Shown piece by piece: positions 62,028 through 64,000 of a stretch of 64,000 bases of DNA (position 1 is the stretch's first letter; each line of letters opens with the position of its first letter). The stretch spans positions 77,634 through 141,633 of the forward strand of contig CAWJRR010000003.1 of NCBI GenBank assembly GCA_963845275.1. Reading direction: 5' to 3'. The notes under the pieces are model-generated. The model had not been told where the DNA came from and did not search any database. It saw only the letters and a list, made by a program, of their open reading frames with translations. This stretch comes from Candidatus Bathyarchaeota archaeon. Lineage in GTDB: Archaea; Thermoproteota; Bathyarchaeia; 40CM-2-53-6. Made by a program: the position numbers and the translations under genes.

Positions 62028-62756
62028 TTGACTTCTGTCTTCAAGCAAATCAATAGGGTTGATTCAGGCTGCGTCTCTTACATCGTAGCCTCCAGAGAAA
62101 CAGGTCAATGCGTGATAGTGGACCCGCTTCTTGATATTGAAACAGTTCTGAACGAGGCAAGAGCAGCGGGTTTTGATAGAATAACTCACGTGATTGACAC
62201 GCACACCCATGCTGACCACATATCTGGTGCAAGAAATATCACTAAGACTTTCGGCCTTGCAGGCGTATACATGCATGTGAATTCAGGTAGCAGTTTCAAG
62301 ACAATTCCGGTGCAGGACGGCGATGTAATGCGACTTGGGAGCACTAGGCTGCAATTCATTCACACACCTGGCCACACCAATGATCACATATGCATTATGA
62401 TCAACGATTCCAAGCTACTGACAGGCGACACTCTGCTGATAGGAGACGTCGGAAGAATAGATCTAGGAGGAGATCAACGCAAGAACTCTGACATGCTCTA
62501 TGAGAGCCTCCACAGCAAATTGCTGAAACTAGACGACAATGTGGAAGTCTTTCCTACTCACATAGGTGCGGCCCATCATATTGGATCAAGCAAGTCATCG
62601 ACATTGGGCGGGGAGAAAGCGGGCAATCCCGCACTAAGACTCGGGAATAAGGATGAGTTCTTCAAGTACATGACAGAAGATTGGCCTCCAAAACCGCCAG
62701 ATTATCAGAACATAGTAAGGCTCAATCGGGGCCAAGTATCAATCCCGATGACTTAA
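62028..62756 (+). CDS. MBL-fold hydrolase (persulfide dioxygenase / glyoxalase II-like)
   Basis: GCVSY, DTHTHADHISG, TPGHT and TGDTLLIGDVGRIDL motifs. Confidence 0.88.
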   Translation: MTSVFKQINRVDSGCVSYIVASRETGQCVIVDPLLDIETVLNEARAAGFDRITHVIDTHTHADHISGARNITKTFGLAGVYMHVNSGSSFKTIPVQDGDVMRLGSTRLQFIHTPGHTNDHICIMINDSKLLTGDTLLIGDVGRIDLGGDQRKNSDMLYESLHSKLLKLDDNVEVFPTHIGAAHHIGSSKSSTLGGEKAGNPALRLGNKDEFFKYMTEDWPPKPPDYQNIVRLNRGQVSIPMT

Positions 62757-62968
62757 GGCTAATTAGCAGCACACGACACGTTGTCGCACCCACATTCCCT
62801 TGACCTATCACTGACATCCTCTGGGCTTAAGCGCGCGAATACGGTTTGAATTTCTGGCGATATGTGGGTCTGGCGGACTGACGGTTTTCGTATTAGTTTA
62901 GGAGGGTTAGTGGCTTGACTGAGCTTAGACTAGGAAATCGCCTATTCATGTTATTCTCTTAAACCGTC

Positions 62969-63385
62969 TCATGAGGTTTCAGTTGGATACCCCGAGTTGA
63001 TCCATGCTGTTATGCCTCCGTCCATGTTGTATACTTGGGTGAAACCTGCCTTCACGAGAATTGCGCTGGCTTGAGCGCTCCTGTGTCCTGTGCGGCAGTA
63101 TACAAGTATTGGCCGATTCGGGTCAAGTCCGCTAATTCGAAGTGGCAGATCAGATAATGGAATGTTGACCGCGCCTTTCAAGTGCCCTTGCGTGTATTCC
63201 TCAGGGGTTCTTACATCGACAACCAGTAAGTTGGGAGATGACTGTATCATTGCTCTTGCATCCGATGCGGAAATAGTCTTGTAGGCGAGTTGCTGTCCGA
63301 CGCAGAAGAAATTGAAACATGAAATGGTCGCAATGATAACTACGGCAAGACTTGCCAGAACAAGAGATAATCGACGCCTATTCAC
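62969..63385 (-). CDS. Membrane-anchored or exported rhodanese
   Basis: N-terminal TM; DVRTPEEY..GH, YCRTGHRS and GGITAW motifs. Confidence 0.9.
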   Translation of the reverse strand: MNRRRLSLVLASLAVVIIATISCFNFFCVGQQLAYKTISASDARAMIQSSPNLLVVDVRTPEEYTQGHLKGAVNIPLSDLPLRISGLDPNRPILVYCRTGHRSAQASAILVKAGFTQVYNMDGGITAWINSGYPTETS

Positions 63386-63487
63386 TTGAGTACTCCACCA
63401 TCATGAGGAAGATTCATCGTACCCAATAAAATAGTGTGCGTGCGCACCATCAGACCCCCCCCAGAAAAACGACCCACACGGAAAAAA

Positions 63488-64000
63488 CTACCTGATTATA
63501 GTGACTTCGAGATTCTCAGCAAACTTGAGCCTTTGCCATCGACCGTCAAAGCCGACATTTTTCAAGCTTCTAATCCGAAATAGGTTTTGAGCCGGGTCAG
63601 CTGTCTCATCAAGTTTGAAGTCGATGATGCCATCATGCGCCCCCTCCAGTTGCTGGATGACCCAATTGCTGTGAACGTCTTTCATAATACCGCGAATAGC
63701 AGTTGACTTACGCAGTTTGAAACTTGGAATAAATCGAGTAAGTTCAACCTCCATCATAGCCTTCTCGTCGTTGAATCTATACCATGTGGAAGAGTTGTCA
63801 ATCACTCTCAACCATTCGGGTTGAGGCGTTTCATGCATGTCCTCCTTGGCGACTCTTAGGCTGAGGTCCGCGACCTTTAGAGAATCGTAAGCATATTTCT
63901 CATTCGACTTCTTGCCAAGGCTGGCCGTGTAGAAGTCCCATATGCGCAGCTTATCCTCCTTTTCATATTCTTCAAAATTCACGCCGAGCCGGGTGAGAAC
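63488..64000 (-). CDS. RecA-superfamily (KaiC/RAD55-like) ATPase, C-terminal part
   Basis: IWDFYTA, RVIDNSS and DGIIDFK....FRIRSL motifs; truncated by the window end. Confidence 0.65.
   Translation of the reverse strand, partial: VLTRLGVNFEEYEKEDKLRIWDFYTASLGKKSNEKYAYDSLKVADLSLRVAKEDMHETPQPEWLRVIDNSSTWYRFNDEKAMMEVELTRFIPSFKLRKSTAIRGIMKDVHSNWVIQQLEGAHDGIIDFKLDETADPAQNLFRIRSLKNVGFDGRWQRLKFAENLEVTIIR

Overview
Archaeal genomic window. Bathyarchaeia is the likely lineage, inferred from SMC-ScpAB, ABCE1, Cgi121, S8e, SRP19, F420 enzymes, frequent TTG/GTG starts and many zinc-ribbon membrane proteins. Layout: (1) 0-6.6 kb holds pgk, tRNA-Met, a cobamide remodelling cluster (ECF S, cobZ, cobS, cobY, bacterial-type cobT) and rpiA. 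(2) 7-14 kb holds secreted proteins, a phospholipase C/phosphoesterase, a HiPIP-like mini-protein, and a membrane protein coupled to a 903-aa tandem Cdc48-like AAA+ ATPase fused to a Lon (S16) protease domain, the most novel-looking protein here. (3) 14-30.5 kb is an accessory, frameshift-rich block of surface and secreted proteins (two S53 peptidases, a beta-propeller repeat protein, a DUF5685 fusion). It contains a 1149-nt poly-T artefact and repeated palindromes, and ends at tRNA-Thr. (4) 30.6-34 kb is a GT2/nucleotidyltransferase/methyltransferase cluster followed by a C/D-box sRNA. (5) 34-51.5 kb is conserved housekeeping core and includes an unannotated 33-aa hyper-acidic Trp-rich ORF just upstream of ABCE1. 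(6) 51.8-64 kb holds tRNA-Asn and small accessory genes. All three tRNAs are multi-intron (7 BHB-type introns, 6 non-canonical), including an apparent intron at position 8/9. Family assignments come from motif recognition by eye; no searches were run.
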